A stretch of 64,000 bases of DNA. Origin: an uncultured Parcubacteria group bacterium (GTDB lineage: Bacteria; Patescibacteriota; Patescibacteriia; UBA9934; CAMTUG01). Each line of letters starts with the position of its first letter. Position 1 is the first letter of the stretch. The notes beneath the pieces were generated by a model. It searched no databases, was not told the DNA's origin, and was given only the letters and a program-made list of their open reading frames with translations. The stretch lies in the NCBI GenBank assembly GCA_947084965.1, contig CAMTUG010000003.1, positions 360 to 64,359 on the forward strand. Direction: 5' to 3'. The position numbers were made by a program, and so were the translations under genes. This document shows positions 55,286-64,000 of the stretch, piece by piece.

Positions 55286-55395
55286 GTGAAAATACGAAAT
55301 ACGAATATCGAAATACGAAATTTTTTATTTTTCCGATCTCCTGATTCGCGTGTGTTTCGGATTTCGAGTTTAGGATTTCGGATTTACAAATAATT
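55286..55395. repeat. intergenic inverted-repeat element of AATACGAAAT units, locus 2
   Basis: 55290-55320 aaatacgaaatacgaatatcgaaatacgaaa is a perfect 31-mer shared with 33487-33517. The distal arm is tttcggatttcgagtttaggatttcggattt. Confidence 0.6.
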
Positions 55396-56341
55396 CCTTT
55401 GCCGGAAAGACCAGCACTTCCTCGAGGTTTTCTTTGCCCATGGCGAGCATGAGCAGGCGGTCAAGGCCGAGGGCATTGCCGAAGGTCGGCTGGCGCAGGG
55501 ATGGTAGCAGCCGCAAAAGCTCCTCGTCAATGGGGTAGACGGTCTTGCCGATCCTCACCCGTTCGGCCGCTTCTCCTTCGAAACGGCGACGTTGTTCGGT
55601 GGCATCGGTCAGTTCTCCAAAGGCGTTACAGAGCTCAACTCCGCGCACATACAGCTCAAACCGCTCGGCGTACTTTCCATCCGGCGTCGTACGAGCCAGA
55701 GCTGCCTGCTGTAGCGGAAAGTCATACAAGAATGCACCTTCTGGTGGAAGATGTGGCTCGATCTGGGTGACGACGATGCGATGAAAGTAGTCAGACCAGG
55801 TGTCTGTAGGATCTGTTCCGAGATTAAGCCTCTTGCACGCGGCTTTGAGATCCTCTTCCGTTGCATCACAGAGCTCTAGCCCAGTGACCTCTTTGAATTG
55901 TGTCGGCAGGTGCACGCGGGCGAACGTTTTTTCACCAACGCCACATGTGCGCACGAGCTCTTCGGTTTCGTTCATCCCGCCCTGGTAGTCCATCCCCTGC
56001 TGATACCACTCGAGCATCACAAATTCCGGGTTGTGCTGGGAGGGGCCTTCAGGATAGAAGTCTCCGTTGCGAAAGACTTTGGTGATCGTAAAGATCCGTT
56101 CCAGGCCGAGGCCTAAAAGCTTCTTCATCGAAAACTCCGGCGAAGTAATCAACCCAGCAAGCCGGCGCGATCCATCTGCGCCGACGAGGGTTGTTTCAAA
56201 TGGGGTCAGGTTTGGCGACATGTCGGGACTGGCTACGAGGATTGGGGTTTCAACGTCGAGGTAGCCGCGTCCGGCAAAAAACGCACGGATCGTCTCGTAC
56301 ATCTTGTTTCTGGCGATGATAACTTTTTCAATATCTTTCAT
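55370..56341 (-). CDS. epmA: EF-P--(R)-beta-lysine ligase EpmA (GenX/PoxA; class II LysRS-like core)
   Basis: Class II motifs FRNGDF and HNPEFVMLEWY...GLDRLLML. It is adjacent to efp. Confidence 0.75.
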   Translation of the reverse strand: MKDIEKVIIARNKMYETIRAFFAGRGYLDVETPILVASPDMSPNLTPFETTLVGADGSRRLAGLITSPEFSMKKLLGLGLERIFTITKVFRNGDFYPEGPSQHNPEFVMLEWYQQGMDYQGGMNETEELVRTCGVGEKTFARVHLPTQFKEVTGLELCDATEEDLKAACKRLNLGTDPTDTWSDYFHRIVVTQIEPHLPPEGAFLYDFPLQQAALARTTPDGKYAERFELYVRGVELCNAFGELTDATEQRRRFEGEAAERVRIGKTVYPIDEELLRLLPSLRQPTFGNALGLDRLLMLAMGKENLEEVLVFPAKELFVNPKS

Positions 56342-56389
56342 AAAACAATAGACGGGCGCTTGCGCACCCGCCTAGAATTTCCTTCTCAA

Positions 56390-56617
56390 TTACTTTTGGA
56401 CAAACGGCAGAAGGGCCATGGTGCGGGCACGTTTGATCGCGTTCTGCAGTTTGCGCTGGTGCCAATCGCAAACGCCACTGCGCTTGCGCGGAACGATTTT
56501 GGCAAAACTCGAAATGTAGCGACGAAGGGTCATCGTGTCTTTGTAGTCGATCTCCTGGCCTTTGTTGACACAGAAGAAACAGTGACGTTGCTTCTGGAGT
56601 TGTGTTGGTTTGCGCAT
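56390..56617 (-). CDS. rpsR: 30S ribosomal protein S18
   Basis: CFFCVNKGQEIDYKDTMTLRRYISSFAKIVPRKRSGVC...IKRARTMALLPF. Confidence 0.9.
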   Translation of the reverse strand: MRKPTQLQKQRHCFFCVNKGQEIDYKDTMTLRRYISSFAKIVPRKRSGVCDWHQRKLQNAIKRARTMALLPFVQK

Positions 56618-56620
56618 ACG

Positions 56621-57076
56621 TTAAAAAGGGATGTCTTCAACTTTGATTTCATCGTCAGGATTCATACCCGGATCGTCGTGTGGGGTGGATGGAGCCGGGC
56701 GGGATGAGGACGGTGCGTCAAAACCTCCGGCGGACGGGGCACCGGCACGATCGAGCATCACCATGTTTTCACCGATGATCTCGGTGCGGTAGCGCTTGAT
56801 CCCATCTTGGCCTTCCCAGTCGCGTGTTTGCAGGCGGCCTTCGATGTAGACCTTCTTTCCTTTGTTCAAGTACTGACCGCAGATTTCCGCGAGCTTTCCC
56901 CAAACAACGACGTTGTGGTATTCAACCTGTTCCTGCTTTTGGCCGGCGGCATCTTTCCAGGTGCGATTGGTAGCAACACCAAAAGAACAGACCGACTGCC
57001 CGCTCGGAATCTTTTTCAATTCCGGGTCGCGGGTCAGGTTGCCGATCAACATCGCTTTGTTAAGTGAGCCTGCCAT
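56621..57076 (-). CDS. ssb: single-stranded DNA-binding protein
   Basis: OB-fold N-terminus, a Gly/Pro-rich tail and C-terminal [11 protein letters not shown]. Confidence 0.9.
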   Translation of the reverse strand: MAGSLNKAMLIGNLTRDPELKKIPSGQSVCSFGVATNRTWKDAAGQKQEQVEYHNVVVWGKLAEICGQYLNKGKKVYIEGRLQTRDWEGQDGIKRYRTEIIGENMVMLDRAGAPSAGGFDAPSSSRPAPSTPHDDPGMNPDDEIKVEDIPF

Positions 57077-57079
57077 AGA

Positions 57080-57577
57080 TTAAACGTTTTCTGAAGCGCC
57101 TTCCAAAATCTGATCGAGCTTCTTATCCAATTCTTCGACCGTCATTTCCGGTCCGCGAGGAGCGACCTGGCTCGTAGCAGCCGGAGCGACTTCGCCCGCC
57201 TTGCGACGCGGTTTTTCTTTGCGGGTAGCAAAGCCTTCTTCGCTGATCGGGCTGACATACGCCTCGAGCTGGAAGCGTGCTTTGTCAGCGCCTTCGGCAC
57301 GTTCGGTCAGCATGTGACGCAAGACGTGCTCGGACAAGCGAAGGTCGTTTTCGATCTTGGCAACGACAGCGCCTTCGGCATCAAACTGCACCAGCCAGTA
57401 GTAGCCGTGCTTCTGGTGCTTAATCGGGTAGGCAAGTTTCAACTTGCCGAGGTTCTCGGACCGGACGATCGTTCCGCCAGCGGCGGTGACGATCGCGACC
57501 ACCTTGTCAGCAATCGCCGGGACTTCGGTGTCCGTGTGGATCGCTGGGATAATCGCGAGAAGTTCGTACTTCTGCAT
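57080..57577 (-). CDS. rpsF: 30S ribosomal protein S6 (with C-terminal extension)
   Basis: MQKYELLAIIPAIHTDTEVPAIADKV..., a classic S6 N-terminus; rpsF-ssb-rpsR order. Confidence 0.85.
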   Translation of the reverse strand: MQKYELLAIIPAIHTDTEVPAIADKVVAIVTAAGGTIVRSENLGKLKLAYPIKHQKHGYYWLVQFDAEGAVVAKIENDLRLSEHVLRHMLTERAEGADKARFQLEAYVSPISEEGFATRKEKPRRKAGEVAPAATSQVAPRGPEMTVEELDKKLDQILEGASENV

Positions 57578-57739
57578 AGTTCTTCGCCCCGGTTTCGCTC
57601 CGGGGACCCCCGAAGGGGTTTGGACAAAGTAATGATTTATGGGCGTACCTTAGCGGAAAGGGCGATTTTGGTCAATATCGGGGCGGTAGGATTGACAAAA
57701 GCCTTGGGAATAGGTAGTTTGATCGGTCCCGGAGGACCC

Positions 57740-58144
57740 ATGATTACCGTGCTTCTCACCGCTCTCGCCCTGGCCGATGACACCGTCAACATCCAAGTTC
57801 GGGTGACGGGAGGCAGCAACGTCACGGTCACGACCGTCAGCGAGGACCCCCTCCCACCGCCGTGGGTCCACCCCGCGCGCTGGCTCGCCGTCCAAGGGGT
57901 GGACGATTCGTCGAAGATCATGGGCGTGATCGAGCCTCACCGCAAGCGGCTCGACGCCTGCATGTCCGGGTCGGGTTTCCTCGGCCTGAACGCCCAGGTC
58001 ACGGTCGCTCCGAACGGGCACGCCTCTGGCCCGACGATCGCTCAGGGGCGACCGGTCGAGTGCATGCTCGACATCCTGACCGGGATCACCTTCCCGACCA
58101 ACTCGACGACGTACACGGTGCAGTACCTGTACTTCGCCTACTGA
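57740..58144 (+). CDS. small secreted hypothetical protein in a GC-rich islet
   Basis: GGAGG 4 nt upstream of the ATG. Signal peptide MITVLLTALALA. GC3-rich codons, unlike rpsF next door. Confidence 0.45.
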   Translation: MITVLLTALALADDTVNIQVRVTGGSNVTVTTVSEDPLPPPWVHPARWLAVQGVDDSSKIMGVIEPHRKRLDACMSGSGFLGLNAQVTVAPNGHASGPTIAQGRPVECMLDILTGITFPTNSTTYTVQYLYFAY

Positions 58145-58208
58145 CGGTCGCTGATGCCCCGCGAGGAACGCTCGCGGGGTCTCGCATTTCTGCTATACTC
58201 TTCTCACT

Positions 58209-59309
58209 ATGGTTTTCTTTGTCCTCGGATCACACCCAGAACTTTCTGTCGCTGAAATTGAAGCGGTCACAGGTAAGGCCGGCGTGCGCGTTGGCGATAT
58301 TTTTTTAATGGACAACGTGGATCAGCCGCTTTCCTATTTGCAATCGCGCTTGGCAGGAACGATTAAGATCGGACGGATCGTCGGATCATTCGATCATTAT
58401 AATAAAGATGAAGCTGCAGCATTGGTACGAGCGATGATCACGGACACAGACGGTAAAGTGCACTTTGGGATCTCGGCCTACGGCAAAGGGATCGCTCATC
58501 ACACCCAACCGCTCGGATTAACCGTGAAAAAGTTGTTGAAGGCCGATGGTGTTTCGGCGCGTCTGGTGACGAGCAAGGAACCAGAGCTTTCGAGCGTTGT
58601 TGTTTCCAAGAATAAGCTGCTCGAATCCGGCGGTGAGTTTGTGATCCTGGAGTACCGCAAAGAGTTTTTGGTCGGCCAGACAGAAACGGTGCAGGATTTT
58701 GAAGCCTGGGGGGATCGCGACTTCGGTCGCCCGGCGCGCGATGCCAAGAGTGGGATGTTGCCACCAAAGCTTTCGCGCATGATGATCAATCTTTCCGGGG
58801 CAGATCCGTTTAAGAGCGTGCTGCTCGATCCGTTTTGCGGATCCGGCACCGTACTCATGGAGGCGTTGGTCCTGGGATTTAAAGGGGTCATCGGATCGGA
58901 CATTTCTGAACAGGCCGTGAAGGACTCGGAAAAAAATATCGATTGGCAATTTGCCTCTGGAAAGGCAAATTCAGAACGGCCGATTATTTTGAAGAGCCCG
59001 GCAGAAACACTGAAACTCGATACGCACGTTGATGTCGTTGTGACCGAGCCGTACCTCGGCCCCCCACAACGCGGAGGTGAGAACCTGAATCAGCTAGTCC
59101 TTGATCTTACCTCACTCTACATCAAGGCATTTGGGAACATCGGTCAGCACATGAAACCCGGAGCCAAACTCGTTGCCGCGATCCCTGTTTTCTACGGCGG
59201 AAAAACGATCACCAAACCGCTCCCTGGATTCAATCGCCTGAAAGCATACCGTTACAGCCGCCCGAGTCAGCGTGTTGAGCGCGACATTACCGTTTTCGAG
59301 AAAGCCTAA
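58209..59309 (+). CDS. SAM-dependent RNA (guanine-N2/adenine-N6 type) methyltransferase, Trm11/RlmL-like
   Basis: Motif I LDPFCGSGTVLMEA and motif IV-like VVTEPYLG. Confidence 0.55.
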   Translation: MVFFVLGSHPELSVAEIEAVTGKAGVRVGDIFLMDNVDQPLSYLQSRLAGTIKIGRIVGSFDHYNKDEAAALVRAMITDTDGKVHFGISAYGKGIAHHTQPLGLTVKKLLKADGVSARLVTSKEPELSSVVVSKNKLLESGGEFVILEYRKEFLVGQTETVQDFEAWGDRDFGRPARDAKSGMLPPKLSRMMINLSGADPFKSVLLDPFCGSGTVLMEALVLGFKGVIGSDISEQAVKDSEKNIDWQFASGKANSERPIILKSPAETLKLDTHVDVVVTEPYLGPPQRGGENLNQLVLDLTSLYIKAFGNIGQHMKPGAKLVAAIPVFYGGKTITKPLPGFNRLKAYRYSRPSQRVERDITVFEKA

Positions 59310-59521
59310 AACAAAAACCCGAGGCGCGAGCCCCGGGTTTTTGTTTACATTGCTTCTTCTTCCTCTTCCTCGCCCTCTTCGTCCTCATCGCCGTCCTCGT
59401 CCATTTCGTCTTTTTCTTCTTCGTCTTCCACGTCCCCGGTCTGGTCCCAGCTGTCTCCGTCGTCCATGAACATCATAGATGCTCCGTTAATGATAGTGAC
59501 CTTGCGGTCGTGGGAATATTT

Positions 59522-60595
59522 TTACACACCGACTTTAAAGTGACAAGTATCCCCATCTTGCATCACGTATTCTTTCCCTTCGGTTCGCAGTTTTCCTGCC
59601 GCTTTGGCCCCGGACTCACCCAGCTCGACGAAGTCCTTCCAATTAATGACGTCGGCAAAGATGAAGGCGCGTTCGAAGTCGGTATGGATGACTCCGGCGG
59701 CCTGTGGGGCTTTCGTTCCTTTGACGATCGTCCAGGCTCGGGTCTCTTTTTCGCCGCTCGTGAAGTAGGTGATCAGGTTCAGAAGCTCGTAGCACTTTTT
59801 GATCACGCGATCGAGGCCGGATTCTTTCAGCCCGAGCTCTTGCATGAAGGCAGACGCCTCCTCTTTCGAGAGATCGACCAGTTCAGATTCAATTTTGACG
59901 CTGATCGGGATCGCCAGACGCTCCGGTCCAAGCGGCGAAACCCAGTTCGGATCCGCAGCCGAGGCTTCATCAACGTTCACAATGTAAAGGATCGGTTTGA
60001 GTGTCAGAAGGGTCAGTGTTTTGGTCTGCTTCTTTTCTTCATCTGTCAGTTCGACCGTGCTAGCCATTTTTCCAGCTACCACAGCGGTACGGATTTTCTC
60101 GAGCGCGGAGATTTCATTTTCGAGGTCGGCCGTCTTCCCCGCCTTCATTTTGGAGTTAGCGTTATCGAGAAGTTTTTCGACCGTGGCGAGGTCGGCGGTT
60201 GCTAATTCGATTTCAATCACCTCAACGTCGCGGATCGGATCGACCGAGCCTTCAACGTGCACAACGTTCGGATCAGCAAAGGCGCGCACGACGTGAGCGA
60301 TCATGTCCACTTCGCGAATGTGAGACAAAAATTTGTTGCCGAGCCCTTCCCCTTTGCTGGCACCGCGAACGATTCCAGCGATATCCACGAATTCAATGGC
60401 GGTCGAGATCGTTTTTTCGGACTGAGACTTTTCCGACAACTGGTGCAGCCGCTCGTCCGGGACCTCGACGATCCCGACGTTCGGTTCAATCGTGCAGAAC
60501 GGAAAGTTCTCGCAAGGCACCTGTTTTTTGGTGAGCGTTTTGAATAACGTAGATTTTCCGACGTTCGGTAAACCGACAATTCCAACTTGAAGCAT
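59522..60595 (-). CDS. ychF: ribosome-binding ATPase YchF
   Basis: MLQVGIVGLPNVGKSTLF...; 357 aa with a TGS C-terminus. The ORF is open to 60664. Confidence 0.9.
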   Translation of the reverse strand: MLQVGIVGLPNVGKSTLFKTLTKKQVPCENFPFCTIEPNVGIVEVPDERLHQLSEKSQSEKTISTAIEFVDIAGIVRGASKGEGLGNKFLSHIREVDMIAHVVRAFADPNVVHVEGSVDPIRDVEVIEIELATADLATVEKLLDNANSKMKAGKTADLENEISALEKIRTAVVAGKMASTVELTDEEKKQTKTLTLLTLKPILYIVNVDEASAADPNWVSPLGPERLAIPISVKIESELVDLSKEEASAFMQELGLKESGLDRVIKKCYELLNLITYFTSGEKETRAWTIVKGTKAPQAAGVIHTDFERAFIFADVINWKDFVELGESGAKAAGKLRTEGKEYVMQDGDTCHFKVGV

Positions 60596-60654
60596 AGATA
60601 ATAGATAGGCGGGGCCGCTGCGCCTCGCATCATAGCGGAAGCGTGGAAAAAAGT

Positions 60655-60687
60655 CGAAAAACATAAAACATCCGCCAAAGCGGATGA
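60655..60687 (-). terminator. rho-independent terminator downstream of tRNA-Ala (minus strand)
   Basis: Minus-strand read: catccgc-tttg-gcggatg followed by ttttatgttttt. Confidence 0.7.
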
Positions 60688-60701
60688 TTTATGGTGGACC
60701 G

Positions 60702-60777
60702 TATCGGGTTCGAACCGATGACCTTCTGACTGCCAGCCAGACGCTCTACCAACTGAGCTAACGGCCCGCGTGCCGAC
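60702..60777 (-). tRNA. tRNA-Ala (anticodon GGC), CCA encoded, G3:U70 present
   Basis: Minus strand: gggccgt acceptor with a G3:U70 wobble, D-arm tagctcagttggtagagc, anticodon loop ctggcag, T-arm atcggttcgaacccgat, then acggtcc-a-cca. Confidence 0.8.
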
Positions 60778-60854
60778 AAAGATACGAGATTTGAGAGCGA
60801 ACGTCAAGGCGGGGCTGTGTCGCCCCGCCCATGCGTGCGTTCGTGCAGAGACGA

Positions 60855-63311
60855 TTAGTTCTCTGGCTGACCTTCGGTTACATCGACCGCGGTTTCTTCT
60901 CCGGCCTCGACCGGTTCAGGGATCACACTTTCAACTTGGCCGGACTTCAGCCGTTCGAGTTTGGCAGCAACGAGCTGGTTGTCCGGGTTTGTTTCAAGAA
61001 CACCCTGTACCTGGGCGATCGCCTCCTCGATCTTCCCTTGCTGTTCGTAGATCGCGGCTAAAAACCAGCGAGCATTTGAATAGGTTGGGACAAGCTCCAC
61101 GGCGCGGGCGAGTTCGACCTCGGCTAAGTCATATTTTCCTTGGCGCAAGTAGAGCAATCCTAGCTGGAAGGCGACGCCTACATCGAGCGGGTTATAGCGC
61201 TTCACGGATTCCATCTTAGCGATAGCGTCAGCGAGTCGACCTTCGCGTTCGTAGACGATCGCTAGATAATAGTGGGCCGGGGCGTAGTCTGCTTTGAGTT
61301 CAATCGAACGCAACAGAACGTCCTCGGCTTTTTTGAGATTGTCACTTACGGTCGCTTGGGCCGCGTCCGCGGTCGCCTGGTCCTTGGACCCAGTTAGTAC
61401 TCGGGCATTTTCCGCAAAGACAAGGTAGCTGCGCCCGAGATCGGTCAGGTGTTTTGGAGATGCTGGTTCAAGGGCGTTCGCTGTTTCAAAGGACATGACT
61501 GCAAAGGCGTCGGCTCCTCCAACAACGGCGGAAACTTCACGATAGATCGCTCCGCGTACTTCCCAGTTGGCGACGTTGTTTGGTGATAAATCCGTGGCCC
61601 GTTTGGCGGCGTTGATGGAAGTAGCCACCAATGCCTGGACGAGTTGAGTCTTGTCTTCCGGGATCTGTCCTTCGGAAAGCTCCTCGCGCACTTTGAGCAG
61701 GAGCGCTTGTGACAAGTTGCGGTAATAGACATCGCTTAGGCGATTGAATGTTGCGGCGGAGTCGAGTTTTTGGATCACGGTATCGAGTGACTCCCCTGCC
61801 GCTTCAGCACGGACCGCTTGGGCAAAGGCGATTTCTGCGGCATAGCGTTGACCGGTCACAAAGAGGCCGGTCACAATCCCAACCGCCACAACGACGAAGA
61901 GGAAGGAAAAGGCCAGACCCATGCGGGGGGACTTGTTAAAGCTAACCGTGCGGACCCTCAACATAACTTGAGCGGCCAATACCCCACCAAGTCCAAAGAG
62001 GAGGAAGGTTAGGGTGAGGTTGCTGGAGTACAGGAAGGAACCGACAACGAGGGCGAACCAGGAGGCGAAGAGGACAAAGGTCGCCTTCCACTCAGCGTGA
62101 TCTTGTTCGCGCGTCAGACGGCCGAGCGCGCGCAAGGCGAGCGAGAGGATGAAGGCGAGGTAGATGATCGTCCCCACGATACCGAGGGTTGCGATCACCG
62201 TGAAGATGTGGGACGTAGCCCGATCAAAGCGCACGGCCCAGAATCCTGTTGTGTTGAGGTCGGTGCTGTGATATTTGGCGTAGTCGATCGCAAACGTCCC
62301 TGGGCCTGAGCCAAAGAGTGACGAGGTGTTTGTCAGTGTTTGGGAGGTGATATCCCACGAAGCGCTGTAGGACGGAAGGATTTCCACCGGCAAGCGGAAG
62401 TTGATCGGGGTCGGGAGGAAGAGCAACAGGAGAGCGACAACGAAAAGAGCCATCGGCAGGATAAATCGGCCCGTTTCTGGAAATTCCCCGGCTCGCACTA
62501 AGGCGAAGGCAAAGAGGATAGAGATCCCGGTCAAGAGGATGACCCAAAGCACCCAGTAATCCAGGGCGCTGGCGATGACGATCGTCGAAAGGGTCAAGAC
62601 AACGGTCGCGACGGACAGGAGAGCCCCGGCCGTTTTTTTGAACGCTAGTTCGCCGGCGCGGGCTTTGCCTACGAGCCATAGGCCGTTGGCGAGTAAGGTG
62701 ACGGCGATTAAAAAGATCGTCGCGGCGTTGATCGTTCCGATCGGGTTAAAGACGCGCGTATCTCCGCCGAGGTATCCGAAGATCGGAACGTTAAAGAAGT
62801 GGAAGAGCATACCGACGGCGATGATCGTAGCCGAGAGGATCAGCGCCCCGAAGATGCGGCGTTGGACACGCGATTCGCTGGCGTTGTTGACCAGCAGGTA
62901 GAAGAGCACGCCGAGCGAGACCGCCGTTAGGAAGGACATGTATTCTTGCGATGTCTGTCCAACCCAGGAGGTGAATCCAGTAAGAGACGTGACCGCCGAG
63001 ACGCCGACCGTGACGACGTACATCAGTGGGAAGAAGTTTAGCCAGCCGCGACGGAACGTCAGTTCGCGTTTGCTGACCATTTGGCCGAGCCAGGCAAGCG
63101 CGGCGACAAACGTGACTAAGACAAGCAGCGTTTGCTTGTTGACTTCGAGGGCATCGATCGTAACCGGCAGGACGAATAACGGGACGAAGAAGAAGAGGCC
63201 GATGATTGACCACTCAACGATCGCCCCATACGCTTTGGAAAGCCCACGGAAGCGACTCGCTCCCTGAGCTTGCCCAGGAGCGACTCGCTCCGAGGAGGAC
63301 AATGTGTCCAT
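60855..63311 (-). CDS. large polytopic membrane protein, Wzy/O-antigen-ligase-like core with C-terminal TPR repeats
   Basis: More than 12 TM helices, then at least 4 TPR units (YYLAIVYEREGRLADAI..., AFQLGLLYLRQGKYDLA..., ARWFLAAIYEQQGKIEEAI...). The start is placed at MDTLSS; the ORF is open to 63353. Confidence 0.6.
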   Translation of the reverse strand: MDTLSSSERVAPGQAQGASRFRGLSKAYGAIVEWSIIGLFFFVPLFVLPVTIDALEVNKQTLLVLVTFVAALAWLGQMVSKRELTFRRGWLNFFPLMYVVTVGVSAVTSLTGFTSWVGQTSQEYMSFLTAVSLGVLFYLLVNNASESRVQRRIFGALILSATIIAVGMLFHFFNVPIFGYLGGDTRVFNPIGTINAATIFLIAVTLLANGLWLVGKARAGELAFKKTAGALLSVATVVLTLSTIVIASALDYWVLWVILLTGISILFAFALVRAGEFPETGRFILPMALFVVALLLLFLPTPINFRLPVEILPSYSASWDITSQTLTNTSSLFGSGPGTFAIDYAKYHSTDLNTTGFWAVRFDRATSHIFTVIATLGIVGTIIYLAFILSLALRALGRLTREQDHAEWKATFVLFASWFALVVGSFLYSSNLTLTFLLFGLGGVLAAQVMLRVRTVSFNKSPRMGLAFSFLFVVVAVGIVTGLFVTGQRYAAEIAFAQAVRAEAAGESLDTVIQKLDSAATFNRLSDVYYRNLSQALLLKVREELSEGQIPEDKTQLVQALVATSINAAKRATDLSPNNVANWEVRGAIYREVSAVVGGADAFAVMSFETANALEPASPKHLTDLGRSYLVFAENARVLTGSKDQATADAAQATVSDNLKKAEDVLLRSIELKADYAPAHYYLAIVYEREGRLADAIAKMESVKRYNPLDVGVAFQLGLLYLRQGKYDLAEVELARAVELVPTYSNARWFLAAIYEQQGKIEEAIAQVQGVLETNPDNQLVAAKLERLKSGQVESVIPEPVEAGEETAVDVTEGQPEN

Positions 63312-63390
63312 ACGTGATGGGAAAGGAATAATGCGAAGATTATAACACAACACCCGCAGTTTATTTACTGCAGGTGTTGTTTTTTTGTTT

Positions 63391-63951
63391 TTATATCACC
63401 GGTTCTTCGGTTGCGGGAGTCTCTCCCGGAGTTTCCTCGACCGGAGCCTCTTCGGTTGGGGCTTCTTCGGCAGGAGTGGCTTCGACAGGGACTTCCTCGG
63501 TGACCGGCTGTTCATCGATGATCGCCTCAGCGATCGGTTCCTCTACGACCAGTTCTTCGGCGGCGGTTTCCTCAACAGGGACTTCCTCGGCCGGAGTTTC
63601 TACAGTCGCCTCCTCCTCTGCAGGGATTTCTGAGGACGTCGGAGCTTCGAGTTCAAGCGCTTCAGCAGGTTCGTAGCCGTTGCGATAGGCGATCACCAAC
63701 CAGTCAAACGAAACACCGCTCGTATTGCTTCCTAGCTCCGTGACAGTGAATCCATTATTGTCCTTTTCGTTAACGTAGAGCATGCCGGTGGCGCCGTTTG
63801 GTGTGAGGAGGACACGGATCGGGGCTACCGTTGAGATAATATCGTTGAATGCTGGATCGACATCTTCGAAACGGATGACCGCCTGTCCGTTGGAAAGCTC
63901 GGCTGTGCCTGAGAGTTGCAAGACGACTTCCCCAGACATGACCGCACTCAC
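63391..63951 (-). CDS. hypothetical protein with acidic E/P/A/T-rich repeat C-terminus
   Basis: Repeats such as EEAPTEEAPVEETPGETPATEEP. The N-terminus may extend past the window edge. Confidence 0.4.
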   Translation of the reverse strand: MSAVMSGEVVLQLSGTAELSNGQAVIRFEDVDPAFNDIISTVAPIRVLLTPNGATGMLYVNEKDNNGFTVTELGSNTSGVSFDWLVIAYRNGYEPAEALELEAPTSSEIPAEEEATVETPAEEVPVEETAAEELVVEEPIAEAIIDEQPVTEEVPVEATPAEEAPTEEAPVEETPGETPATEEPVI

Positions 63952-64000
63952 TTCCGCGACGTCACCTTGGGTTGTGGTGATCCGTGTCTTGTATACGGTT

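Noticed and set aside
57314-58144. 276-aa plus-strand ORF spanning antisense rpsF and the GC-rich secreted gene.
   Set aside because: Its 5' two-thirds lie antisense to the well-supported rpsF. Only the 3' part (57740-58144, with SD and signal peptide) is credible.
59510-60807. ORFs 59510..60205 (+), 59997..60296 (+), 60301..60807 (-) overlapping ychF and tRNA-Ala.
   Set aside because: They are antisense to or overlap the well-supported ychF and tRNA-Ala.

Overview
The window is a bacterial chromosome segment of roughly 50-55% G+C, judged by eye. Its gene content looks like a Candidate Phyla Radiation / Patescibacteria genome: a lamin-tail-domain surface protein, four NUDIX genes, free-standing LAGLIDADG homing endonucleases, and weak Shine-Dalgarno usage. 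This assignment is a guess, not a database result. The window spans the chromosomal replication origin, with dnaA-dnaN on the minus strand facing rpmH-rnpA-yidD on the plus strand and DnaA-box clusters on both sides of dnaA. Housekeeping genes recognised are rlmH, ruvB, recA, ftsK, efp-epmA, rpsF-ssb-rpsR, ychF, a bifunctional PBP1A, a livJHMGF ABC transporter, a minimal nifS-nifU-ferredoxin-reductase-VIT iron-sulfur cluster, galU, PGI/PMI, a Wzx-like flippase, two Wzy/O-antigen-ligase-like proteins and a SpoIID/LytB protein. There are seven tRNAs: Leu-UAG, Gly-GCC, Leu-UAA, Ser-CGA, Cys-GCA, Ala-GGC and one more Leu. The most unusual content is as follows. First, a co-directional array of six paralogous small secreted two-TM-hairpin proteins with VirB2/TrbC-pilin-like architecture sits directly behind galU and a solute-binding lipoprotein (24520-27091); a strong terminator and a roughly 4 kb strongly GC-rich island of four orphan secreted or membrane proteins follow (27300-31240). 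Second, each of two LAGLIDADG homing-endonuclease genes ends about 14 nt inside the 5' end of a tRNA gene. Third, there are two families of intergenic repeats; one carries a compensatory base-pair change in a hairpin stem, and the other shares a perfect 31-mer between two loci. Fourth, several further small GC-rich islets encode secreted or membrane orphan proteins. All calls come from reading the ORF translations and the DNA by eye. No searches were run.
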